64,000 bases of DNA from an uncultured Saccharicrinis sp. (GTDB taxonomy: Bacteria > Bacteroidota > Bacteroidia > Bacteroidales > Marinilabiliaceae), in the NCBI GenBank assembly GCA_963663905.2, contig CAXXQP010000001.1:28490-92489 (forward strand), given 5' to 3'. A model generated the notes under the pieces. That model did not search any database, was not told where the DNA came from, and saw nothing but the letters and a program-made list of their open reading frames with translations. Each line of letters begins with the position of its first letter. Positions within the stretch are counted from its first letter, which is position 1. A program made the translations under genes and the position numbers. Below are positions 19,315 to 28,339 of the stretch, piece after piece.

Positions 19315-20436
19315 ATGGAACTAGCATTTATACATATTGGGTTGGCACACTCATTATTTGCAGGATTAATTATGTTGTTGAAGAGGCCTTTGGCTATTTC
19401 TGATAAATTGTTGAGTTTGTGGTTGTTTGTTATGGCAAGTATGTTTGCGCTCAATGTATTTAAACAGCATTACTCCATAGAGGTTGATCTTTGGCCTGTT
19501 TCTATCACGATATCACTAACTTGGCATCCTCTGTTTTATTTATACTCAAAATATGTTATAAAAGAATATGAGCGGTTTAGTAAAACTGATTTATTACTGT
19601 TTATCCCAAGCCTTATTGTTTTGCTAATCATTTTATTTCATTTTTATAATAGTGAGCAAAAGGATATAGATTCACTAACAGGTTATTTTTATTCACATCT
19701 GCAATTAAGAAAAATAGTTGGCTGGTCTTTTATTGGAAGTTTGTGGATTTACGCTATCCTTACACTACGTAGAATATTTAAGTATCAAAAGCAAATTACC
19801 AGTACCTACTCTTATGAATCTGATAAAATTAGCCTTACCTGGCTTCTGGCCGTAATAGTAATTGCTTTGATTGTATATAATTTTATCATCTTAATGAGTG
19901 CATTTCATACTTCTTACTTTGTTCCACACATAGAGATATTTAGAAGCGGAGCTTTATTGACGTTAGTTTATGTTATAAGTGTTTGGGGGTATAGGCAGAA
20001 TCAGTTAAATGTAGATATTGAACCCATCAGATTAAATAAATCCGGATTTGCTGATGATAGTGCTTCAGGGAAATATCAAACATCCTCGTTAAAAGAGGAT
20101 CTGGCTCTGGAATATAAAGATAAGATCATTGACTTTATGAATCATTCACAGATATGGAAAGATAATGAATTAACGGTATCCAAACTATCTTCTCAAATAG
20201 GAATACCAAAACATTATATAACGCAGGTATTAAATGAAAATATCAAAAAGAACTTCTATAATTTTATTAATGAGTATAGGGTTGAATGTGCTAAAAAGCT
20301 AATTAAATCACCCGAACATAAAGCATGGTCATTTGTAGCCATAGCGTACGAAAGTGGTTTTAATTCTAAATCTGCGTTTTATAATTTCTTTAAAAAACAT
20401 ACCGGGATGACTCCTACAGAATATAAAAATGCCTGA
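19315..20436 (+). CDS. Membrane-anchored AraC-family transcriptional regulator
   Basis: Several N-terminal transmembrane helices; C-terminal NFYNFINEYRV...AYESGFNSKSAFYNFFKK HTH. Divergent from the efflux operon. Confidence 0.93.
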   Translation: MELAFIHIGLAHSLFAGLIMLLKRPLAISDKLLSLWLFVMASMFALNVFKQHYSIEVDLWPVSITISLTWHPLFYLYSKYVIKEYERFSKTDLLLFIPSLIVLLIILFHFYNSEQKDIDSLTGYFYSHLQLRKIVGWSFIGSLWIYAILTLRRIFKYQKQITSTYSYESDKISLTWLLAVIVIALIVYNFIILMSAFHTSYFVPHIEIFRSGALLTLVYVISVWGYRQNQLNVDIEPIRLNKSGFADDSASGKYQTSSLKEDLALEYKDKIIDFMNHSQIWKDNELTVSKLSSQIGIPKHYITQVLNENIKKNFYNFINEYRVECAKKLIKSPEHKAWSFVAIAYESGFNSKSAFYNFFKKHTGMTPTEYKNA

Positions 20437-20761
20437 TTTTGAATTCTATATGACGATTTTTTCATATCGTTTTTTTTGCGTTTTTGGATTCCTTTCTTTA
20501 CAAATGGTATGAAACTGCAATGAGAAGGCTGCGCCTCGCTTAAGGAAAGACTCATAGTTTTATGCAGAGGTTATATAGCTTTTATGCAGGTTGCACACTC
20601 TTTGTAAATAGTGTAAAGAGTTTTACAAATGGTGGAGCTTGTGGAGTTGTGTCATAGCAGATATGGGATTGTGTAGGAAATGGTTTGGAGTTGTATTTCC
20701 CATCGTTTGGCTTATACCTCCGGTTATGTTGTATTAGTATTAGGTAATGTTATTATCTTAT

Positions 20762-21088
20762 CACTAGTGACCGACTAAAATATTCATCTTTTGATTTACA
20801 TTACTTATGTCTTCAAGCCAGACGGGCTTTTACTTTCTTCCTTCAGCTGAAGAAAGTAAACAAAGAAAGCCGCCGCTGACATGAAAAAGCTAAAAATCAT
20901 TGCTCTGCGCTAAAAGAAAAGAACTCGCTGCGCTCAAACAACTTTTCTTTCTTAACGCTACGTTTAATAATTTTCTTAACGCTTTTGCATGAAGGCGGAT
21001 TAGTTACCCTATCTTGATGCTTATCTCAACAATTGCCTTTTATTCATATCAATACAACCCTCTTTTTGTTTTTAGTCGGTCAGTAATG
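20762..21088. mobile_element. MITE-like non-autonomous element (327 bp)
   Basis: 19-bp terminal inverted repeats CACTAGTGACCGACTAAAA / TTTTAGTCGGTCAGTAATG (17/19 match). 9-bp direct repeat TTATCTTAT at 20753-20761 and 21089-21097. Internal hairpins; no ORF. Confidence 0.75.
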
Positions 21089-21164
21089 TTATCTTATCTG
21101 TTTAAAGGCCAGGGTTGCCAGAGTTTTTTATTATACATCTAAGCGAGACGCTTCGTTGAGTCGA

Positions 21165-21225
21165 GTTCCAAGTTGTAAACTTGAACCAGGATTAGTTTAA
21201 GATGTGGCGCAAGTTTTTAACTGGT
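21165..21225. repeat. REP-like palindromes (GTTCCAAGTtgtaaACTTGAAC and a degenerate partner)
   Basis: Short imperfect hairpins seen directly; they resemble Bacteroidota REP-type repeats (from recall, not verified). Confidence 0.35.
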
Positions 21226-21593
21226 GTCTTTATCCTTCGCTGAGCTGAGGGATATAGTTTAGTCTTTAATAGTTAAAAAAATAAAAATATTCTCATTGTG
21301 TATTTCCTGTAATTTACATTTGTTATATCTTTTTTCTTCAGCATTAAAACGTTTTTTTATTTCTCAATATTTATTCATTGGGTATTGTATGTATCATATA
21401 AACAGGAGGATAGGAAATCAGGACTATAGTTCGTATATTAAAAGGAAGTCTATCTAATACATAATTAACGAGCAGAAAGCTTTTTAAATTGGGCAAATGT
21501 AAGTTTGTGATAATAATTTAAAAAGTGTAAAAGAAACTAAATGAAAACAATTGATTTTTCCACTTTGGAAAATTTGATTTTAAAAGAGTAAGT

Positions 21594-23966
21594 ATGAAAA
21601 AAAATCTAATTATTGTATTGGGTATTGTGTTTGCAACACTGATATCTGTGCCTTCATTCGGTCAGGAGGAGAATGATACCATTAAAGTAAAGAAGCTTTC
21701 GTCTAAAGAAGAAGGCAATCGGAATGTTATGTTGAATGCTGAAAGTAATACCGGCCCGAGGGAAGTTAATATAGGTTTACCTTATAGGGGTGATATTGTT
21801 ATTTTGGAAAATGATGTACCTGTGGTGGCTTATTTTTGGCCTACAATTCCAACTTATGCTTGGCGTATGAGTAATAGTTTTGGAGCAATGGGCTTGCTTT
21901 CCTTCTCTGAGGGTGCACTTACCTGGGGTAAGGTTGGTTATGCAGTGAAGTCTGAAGATAGGGGTGCTTCCAGGAAGTTTCGTGGATATGCTTCTGTATT
22001 TACAGACAATTTTGGATCATCAAAATTTGATGTGACTTTAACTGGTCCGCTTAATAAAAAAGGTTGGGGCTATATGTTAAATGCATACCAACACAACAAC
22101 AAAACCAATGGAACTAATTACCAGTTTACATCATGGGGATCAAAAACTTCGCAGCTTAAAGCAATGATTGAAAAAAAATACTCCAAAGGTTCGGTGCGCT
22201 TGATGTATAAGATGGTAGATTCAAAAAGCGTTTTTAATAACAACGCTCCATTGATGTATTTAGGTGATGGGGAAACAGAAGCCCTTGATAATTTCGATCC
22301 GGGAACAGATTCGTATATAGTGGGAAGCGGGATAGTACCTTATACAGATCCTCGCACTGGTGAAGTCGGATATGCAGATTTAGGAAGTGATAAGTTCAGG
22401 CATTCTGAATCACACAATTTATATTTGTCGGGAAACCATAAGTTCAAAAATGGAATGAAGTTAACCTATAGTACAATGTTCCAAAAAATGAATACTCCTA
22501 TTGGACTTACTTTTCCAATCAGTGCAAATATATATAATAAACAATCAATCTTAGGTCAAACTACCACTGCCTATTATTTAGGTTCGAACAGAGAGTATGA
22601 GGGAGAGTATGCTCAGTTGGTTACAAATCAGCTTATTCCTCAAAGTGATATTACAACCTGGATGACCAGGGCTGAGTTAACAAAGAAAGCGAATGGTCAT
22701 GCTTTGCGCCTGGGACTTACAAACCAATACAATAAAAGAGAATACGAATCTTTAGGAGGACTTTATGTTATATCTGTTGAACCAAATCCGAGTGTACTTT
22801 ATGTTCAGGGAAGTTATTATGGCTATCCGTTTGATCTTACCAGTTCAGAAAACGGTCTGCTGGCAGGTGCAGGAGGTTATGGTGGCCTGACTGATGATTC
22901 GTTTAATAAGACTGCGTTATATGTTTCCGACGATTTCAGCCCGGCACCGTGGTTGGATTTAGGTTTAGGCGGACGTATCGAAAGATTGAGTAAAAAGGAC
23001 AGGCATTATACTGCAGTTTCAGGAAATGAAGTAGTTACTGCAGGTGGATATGTGGATGGTGAATTGAATGACTGGAATTATGTGGGTCTTGGAAACGCTG
23101 TTGTTAAATTGACAAAAAATTTCGGATTGTTAGGTAGTTTTACTTATAACTCCTGGATGGACACTTACTGGGATTATGCATATAAAGACGAGAATAATGT
23201 ACCCGTGGCAGCACCTGGCGAACCTTATCCCAGAACAACCGAGTCAAAGTCATACAGACAAGATGTTATTTACTATGATGGTGGTATTTTCCTGAATTTG
23301 GGTGAAAAGTTGAACATTGTTTCAAAGCTTACACATATCGAGAAAAACGGTATTTACGACTCAGGTTCGCTGATTACATACAAAAAGGATCCAACACAAA
23401 AACAAGATGTGGGACCTTTATTCTATGGTCTGTCTACTACCGGATGGTCAACAGATATTGTTTCCAGCCCATTTAAGAATTTTAATCTACATTTTCTCTT
23501 GACGCTTCAAAGTCCGGAATATAAAGATTATGCATTTACAACACGTTTTTCTGATCCTACCACAGGAGAAGAAGATGTGGAAAGCTACGATTACAACGGT
23601 AAGATTTATCCAGGATTATCTAAAGTATTGATGGAAATTGATCCAAGCTATTCTTTTATGAAAAGAAAAATGAGAGCATGGTTTAGCTTACGCTACTTCG
23701 GTAAGCAGTATGGAAATCGCACCAACGCATTTGAATACAATGGTTGGTGGGAAAACTTTGGTGGATTGGATTATACAATGAGCCGCAATGTTGCAATAAA
23801 ACTACAGGTTGTGAATTTCTTGAATCAAAGAGGGATAAAAGGAGAAGTTCAGGGGGCAGCACAAACTACCAAGGAAGAAGTTGCACAGAACTATGTTGGA
23901 CATCCGATTGTGGCCAGTGCTTTGCGTCCAAGAACGTTTGAGTTGACAGTTAATTTTAAATTTTAG
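21594..23966 (+). CDS. TonB-dependent receptor-like outer-membrane beta-barrel (non-SusC type, short N-terminus)
   Basis: Signal peptide, NRNVMLNA...PREVNIGLP N-terminus, amphipathic strands and C-terminal RTFELTVNFKF. Confidence 0.8.
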   Translation: MKKNLIIVLGIVFATLISVPSFGQEENDTIKVKKLSSKEEGNRNVMLNAESNTGPREVNIGLPYRGDIVILENDVPVVAYFWPTIPTYAWRMSNSFGAMGLLSFSEGALTWGKVGYAVKSEDRGASRKFRGYASVFTDNFGSSKFDVTLTGPLNKKGWGYMLNAYQHNNKTNGTNYQFTSWGSKTSQLKAMIEKKYSKGSVRLMYKMVDSKSVFNNNAPLMYLGDGETEALDNFDPGTDSYIVGSGIVPYTDPRTGEVGYADLGSDKFRHSESHNLYLSGNHKFKNGMKLTYSTMFQKMNTPIGLTFPISANIYNKQSILGQTTTAYYLGSNREYEGEYAQLVTNQLIPQSDITTWMTRAELTKKANGHALRLGLTNQYNKREYESLGGLYVISVEPNPSVLYVQGSYYGYPFDLTSSENGLLAGAGGYGGLTDDSFNKTALYVSDDFSPAPWLDLGLGGRIERLSKKDRHYTAVSGNEVVTAGGYVDGELNDWNYVGLGNAVVKLTKNFGLLGSFTYNSWMDTYWDYAYKDENNVPVAAPGEPYPRTTESKSYRQDVIYYDGGIFLNLGEKLNIVSKLTHIEKNGIYDSGSLITYKKDPTQKQDVGPLFYGLSTTGWSTDIVSSPFKNFNLHFLLTLQSPEYKDYAFTTRFSDPTTGEEDVESYDYNGKIYPGLSKVLMEIDPSYSFMKRKMRAWFSLRYFGKQYGNRTNAFEYNGWWENFGGLDYTMSRNVAIKLQVVNFLNQRGIKGEVQGAAQTTKEEVAQNYVGHPIVASALRPRTFELTVNFKF

Positions 23967-24043
23967 AAATTAAACAATAGTACATCGATTAGTTTTATCT
24001 AACGATCTATTAAAATAAGAATAACAAATTAAAAAATCAGGTT

Positions 24044-24427
24044 ATGAAAAGAGTTAGCATTTTAGTTACAATTATTACCATGTTTGTGTTTGTGCTTACA
24101 GCTCAGGCAGGCGAAAAAGAAGGTGATTATTTTGTTGGAAAATGGAAGTTGTTAGTGGAAGGTACTCCGAACGGAGATAGTGAAATGCTGGTAACTTTTG
24201 AGAGAAACGAAAAGGGCGAAATGATTGGAACTTCGGGCGATGCAGCGGGAGAAACTCCAGCAGTAAAATTTAACCGTGTTGAAGTTACTGATGATTCAGT
24301 AACTGCTTATTGGGTAGCTCAAGGTTATGATGTTTATATTTTCCTTGAAAAAATAGACGACAATAGCGTTGAGGGTTCTTTGATGGATATGTTTGATGCA
24401 TCCGGTTCAAGGGTTGTTGAAGAATAG
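24044..24427 (+). CDS. Secreted hypothetical protein
   Basis: Signal peptide; beta-rich GKWKL...MFDASGSRV; similar to 51048-51434. Confidence 0.75.
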   Translation: MKRVSILVTIITMFVFVLTAQAGEKEGDYFVGKWKLLVEGTPNGDSEMLVTFERNEKGEMIGTSGDAAGETPAVKFNRVEVTDDSVTAYWVAQGYDVYIFLEKIDDNSVEGSLMDMFDASGSRVVEE

Positions 24428-24506
24428 TTCTGTACTAAATTTGGTGTCCCAAAGATTAAAATAATAATCAGATACTCTACAAATTGTAGGGGCTTTGGGA
24501 ATAACT

Positions 24507-24555
24507 CTTCCCCTTTTGCCTAAGCAAAAGGGGAAGTACCACGCCTTTGGCGTGG
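24507..24555. repeat. GC-rich double hairpin (REP-like or terminator)
   Basis: CTTCCCCTTTTGC-ctaa-GCAAAAGGGGAAG followed by CCACGCC-ttt-GGCGTGG. Confidence 0.6.
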
Positions 24556-24672
24556 GGATGGGGATCAACCTTAGTTATATAACCGATTTGTAAGTCGCTA
24601 TATTCAGATTTTTTTTTGAGATAACCCTTTTATCTTCCTTAAAAATCTCTTTTGCTATAATCTTGTTATCTT

Positions 24673-26391
24673 ATGAAAATATTTCTACCTGTAATATTGT
24701 TTATTGCATTACTTTTAAATGCATGTAAATTGCCAACAACCCAGAAGCAAACTTTCTGTAATCCGGTTAATTTAAGCTATCGCTTTCAGTTGGATGAACC
24801 TTCCAGACGTGAAGCCGCCGATCCTTCGGTAGTTTGTTTTAAAGGAAACTACTTTATGTTTTTATCCAAGTCAGGAGGTTATTATCATTCAAATAATATG
24901 ATCGATTGGGAATTGATCGAAACAAAAGACCTCCCTGTTGAGGAATATGCCCCTACGGCTATCAATATAAACGACACTGTTTATTTTATGGCTTTAAATC
25001 AAAAGATATATCAAAGTTCTAATCCCATAAGTGGTGAATGGGATATTAAAAATGATTCAATATATGCCAGAACGTTTGATCCAACTATTTTCAGGGATGA
25101 TGATGGCAGAATGTACTTATATCATGGCTTGTCTGCCCGTACCCCAATTAAAGGAATTGAGTTGGATCGAGAATTGTTACAGCCTATAGGAGAAGAGGCA
25201 GATCTTCTTGTATCGAACAGGAAGTATTATGGTTGGGAGCGACGCGGGGATTATAACACTGATACAAAAAGAAGAGCCTGGGTGGAAGGTGCTTTTGTAA
25301 CAAAACATAACAAAAAATATTATTTACATTATTCAGTACCAGGAACCCAATTTAAAAGCTATGGAGATGGGATGTATGTGAGCGAAAACCCACTTGGACC
25401 ATTTAATCTTGCTGAGATCAACCCATTTTCTTATAAACCGGAAGGTTTTATTGCCGGAGCCGGCCATGGTTCTGTATTTAATGATGAATTTGATAATTAC
25501 TGGTATGCAGGTACCATGACTGTTGCCGTAAAACACAGGTTAGAACGGCGGATTGGGATGTTCCCTGCCTTTTTTGATGAAGATGGATGTTTTTACGCAT
25601 ATACCGGTTTTGGAGATTATCCGCACGCTAAGCCTCAAGGTAAAATGAACAGCTATAAAGACTATCATCCTAAATATATGTTACTTTCCTATAACAAACC
25701 TGTAGAAGTTTCATCCTCATTAGCCGATTATCCAAAAGAAAACTGTGTAGACGAAAATGTAAAAACCTCATGGAGTGCATTATCAGGTAGAAAAGGAGAG
25801 TGGCTGATGATAGATCTTGAGGAAGAGAAAGATGTTCATGCCTTGCAAATAAATTTTGCCGATGTTGATACAAAGATTTTTGGTAGGCCTCAAGATATTT
25901 ATTATCAATATTTAATTGAATATTCTAATGATAAAAAGAATTGGACTGTTCTAATTGATAAAACAAATAACATTCAAGATGCCCCACATGATTATATCGA
26001 ACTGGATTCATTTGTAAAAGGAAGATACATACGAATTACTAATTATAAGGTTCCTGATGGAAAATTTGCGATTTCAGGATTCCGTGTATTTGGTTTTGGA
26101 AATGGAAAGAAACCGGGCATTGTGGATCAGTTAACCGTAAAAAGAAATCCGGATGACGGTTGTGTTGTGGATTTAAAATGGAATAAGAATCCAAAGGCCA
26201 TAGGATACAATATTCGTTATGGAACTAATCCAGAGAAGCTGTATTTAAATTATCAGGTATATGATTGTGATTCCTTATCCATCAGAAGTTTAAATAGTAA
26301 GCAAGACTATTATTTTACAATTGATGCTTTCAACGAAAATGGGATAACAATGGGAGAGGATGTGCTTAAATCAGCAAAGAATATAGAATAA
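24673..26391 (+). CDS. GH43 glycoside hydrolase with F5/8 type C (CBM32-like) and FN3 domains, lipoprotein
   Basis: LNAC lipobox, REAADP, FDP and WVEG catalytic motifs; C-terminal discoidin and FN3. Confidence 0.9.
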   Translation: MKIFLPVILFIALLLNACKLPTTQKQTFCNPVNLSYRFQLDEPSRREAADPSVVCFKGNYFMFLSKSGGYYHSNNMIDWELIETKDLPVEEYAPTAININDTVYFMALNQKIYQSSNPISGEWDIKNDSIYARTFDPTIFRDDDGRMYLYHGLSARTPIKGIELDRELLQPIGEEADLLVSNRKYYGWERRGDYNTDTKRRAWVEGAFVTKHNKKYYLHYSVPGTQFKSYGDGMYVSENPLGPFNLAEINPFSYKPEGFIAGAGHGSVFNDEFDNYWYAGTMTVAVKHRLERRIGMFPAFFDEDGCFYAYTGFGDYPHAKPQGKMNSYKDYHPKYMLLSYNKPVEVSSSLADYPKENCVDENVKTSWSALSGRKGEWLMIDLEEEKDVHALQINFADVDTKIFGRPQDIYYQYLIEYSNDKKNWTVLIDKTNNIQDAPHDYIELDSFVKGRYIRITNYKVPDGKFAISGFRVFGFGNGKKPGIVDQLTVKRNPDDGCVVDLKWNKNPKAIGYNIRYGTNPEKLYLNYQVYDCDSLSIRSLNSKQDYYFTIDAFNENGITMGEDVLKSAKNIE

Positions 26392-26440
26392 GCAGGAACA
26401 ATTTAACAATGTATGGTAACAGTGAAAGTTAGTTTTATTT

Positions 26441-28339
26441 ATGAAAAAGAAATATGCAATAATATATTTACTCTTATTAATTAGTTTGGGATTACATTCC
26501 CAAAAATTTAGAGAAGCTATTCCAAAAGACATTGCTTTAGTGCCAATTCAAAATCAATATAGAAATAGTGTTGATTTGTCGGGAATATGGAAATTTAAAG
26601 TAGATTCCTTAAATAAAGGAATTCAGAATGAATGGTTTAATGGTTTACAAGAAGGCCGACAAATTGCTGTACCCGGGAGTTGGAATGAACAATTTACAGA
26701 TTTAAGGGATTATTTGAACTGGGTGTGGTATGAGAAAGAATTCTTTATCCCCAACTCATGGAAAGGGGATGATATTTATATCAGGGTAAATGACGCAACC
26801 TATTTTGCCAAAATATGGATAAATGGTAAAGAGGTGGGACAGCATGAGGGATGTCATGTTCCCTTTGCATTTAAACTGAATGACTATATACACTGGGATA
26901 GTGAAAATAAGATTTCCATACAGATTGAAAATATTCAATCACCATCAAGGGTGCCTACAGGTGCAGTTGAGGGAAGTTCGTTTGGAAACTATCCCAATGC
27001 AAACTACGATTTTTTCCCTTATTCCGGATTGAACAGGAATGTGGTATTGTATAGCCTGCCAGCTAAAGGATATATCAGGGATATTACTGTTCGTCCGGAT
27101 ATACATAATAACACGGGTATAATGAATATTCAGGTAGAGAAAGTGGGGAACGTAAAATCAGGTAAAATAATAGTTAAAGGCTTTGGACAAACTATTACAG
27201 ATCATATACAATTTAACAAGGATTTTGCAGAAGCAAGAATTGAAATCCCCAATGCCAGATTGTGGAGTCCTGAATCGCCTGATTTATATGATGTTGAAGT
27301 TGTTTTAGAAGGAGGCGGTAAAAAGATTGATGAATATTCTTTAAAAACAGGGGTTAGGACTGTCTCAGTGGATGAGAATCATATATACCTTAATGGTGAG
27401 AAAATATTTCTAAAAGGTTTTGGAAAACATATTGATTTTCCGGTATTAGGAAGGGGAACGGCAGATCCGGTTATGGTTAAGGATTTTGAATTGATGAAAT
27501 GGACAGGGGCCAACTCATTCAGGACAACCCATTATCCATATGATGAGGCCTTTTATAATTTTGCTGACCAGCAGGGATTTATGGTTATTGCAGAAACGCC
27601 GAGTGTGGGATTGATTTTAGGAGGCGATTCGTTACAGTTTCTTGAAAGGCAAAGGATTTGTAAGCAATATTTGCACGAGGTTATTTACCGTGATAAAAAT
27701 CATCCCTCTGTAATTATGTGGTGTGTGGCCAATGAACCTAATGATAAAGCACAACTAGGAATTGGAGGTCCTACTCCTAAAGCAGTTAAAGAAAAAGCAT
27801 ATACATCGTTTAAAGAGCATTTTGATTTAACAAAGGCGTTAGACCCTACGCGATTGGTAATTTATGTAGGTCCTATGATGGGACCCAAATATTGGTTTGA
27901 ATTAACCGATGTTATTGCAATTAACCGGTATTGGGGATGGTACACCTCTCCCGGAAGCATTGAAAATGGATCCACTGTGTTAAGTAGTGAGCTCGACCGC
28001 TTACACCGGAAATTTAAAAAACCTTGTATGGTTACCGAATTTGGATGTGATACCTATGCCGGTATGCATGCAGAAGAACCAGAGATGTTTACGGAAGAAT
28101 ATCAGGTAGAGTTTGTTAAAGCATATTTAGATGTGGCAGATTCAAAGGATTATGTAGCAGGAATGCACATATGGAACTTTGCTGATTTTAAAACAAGTCA
28201 GTCCATTATACGCGTGGGGGGATATAATTTGAAAGGTGTTTTTACCCGGGAAAGAAAACCTAAAATGGCAGCTCATTATCTAAGATCAAGATGGTACAAT
28301 AATAAAGGAAACCAAAATAAAACTACCGATGAAAACTAA
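26441..28339 (+). CDS. uidA: GH2 beta-glucuronidase
   Basis: GFGKH, RTTHYP, acid/base WCVANEP, nucleophile VTEFG, WNFADF and the GUS-specific N-x-KG motif (YNLKGVFTRERKPK). Confidence 0.9.
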   Translation: MKKKYAIIYLLLLISLGLHSQKFREAIPKDIALVPIQNQYRNSVDLSGIWKFKVDSLNKGIQNEWFNGLQEGRQIAVPGSWNEQFTDLRDYLNWVWYEKEFFIPNSWKGDDIYIRVNDATYFAKIWINGKEVGQHEGCHVPFAFKLNDYIHWDSENKISIQIENIQSPSRVPTGAVEGSSFGNYPNANYDFFPYSGLNRNVVLYSLPAKGYIRDITVRPDIHNNTGIMNIQVEKVGNVKSGKIIVKGFGQTITDHIQFNKDFAEARIEIPNARLWSPESPDLYDVEVVLEGGGKKIDEYSLKTGVRTVSVDENHIYLNGEKIFLKGFGKHIDFPVLGRGTADPVMVKDFELMKWTGANSFRTTHYPYDEAFYNFADQQGFMVIAETPSVGLILGGDSLQFLERQRICKQYLHEVIYRDKNHPSVIMWCVANEPNDKAQLGIGGPTPKAVKEKAYTSFKEHFDLTKALDPTRLVIYVGPMMGPKYWFELTDVIAINRYWGWYTSPGSIENGSTVLSSELDRLHRKFKKPCMVTEFGCDTYAGMHAEEPEMFTEEYQVEFVKAYLDVADSKDYVAGMHIWNFADFKTSQSIIRVGGYNLKGVFTRERKPKMAAHYLRSRWYNNKGNQNKTTDEN

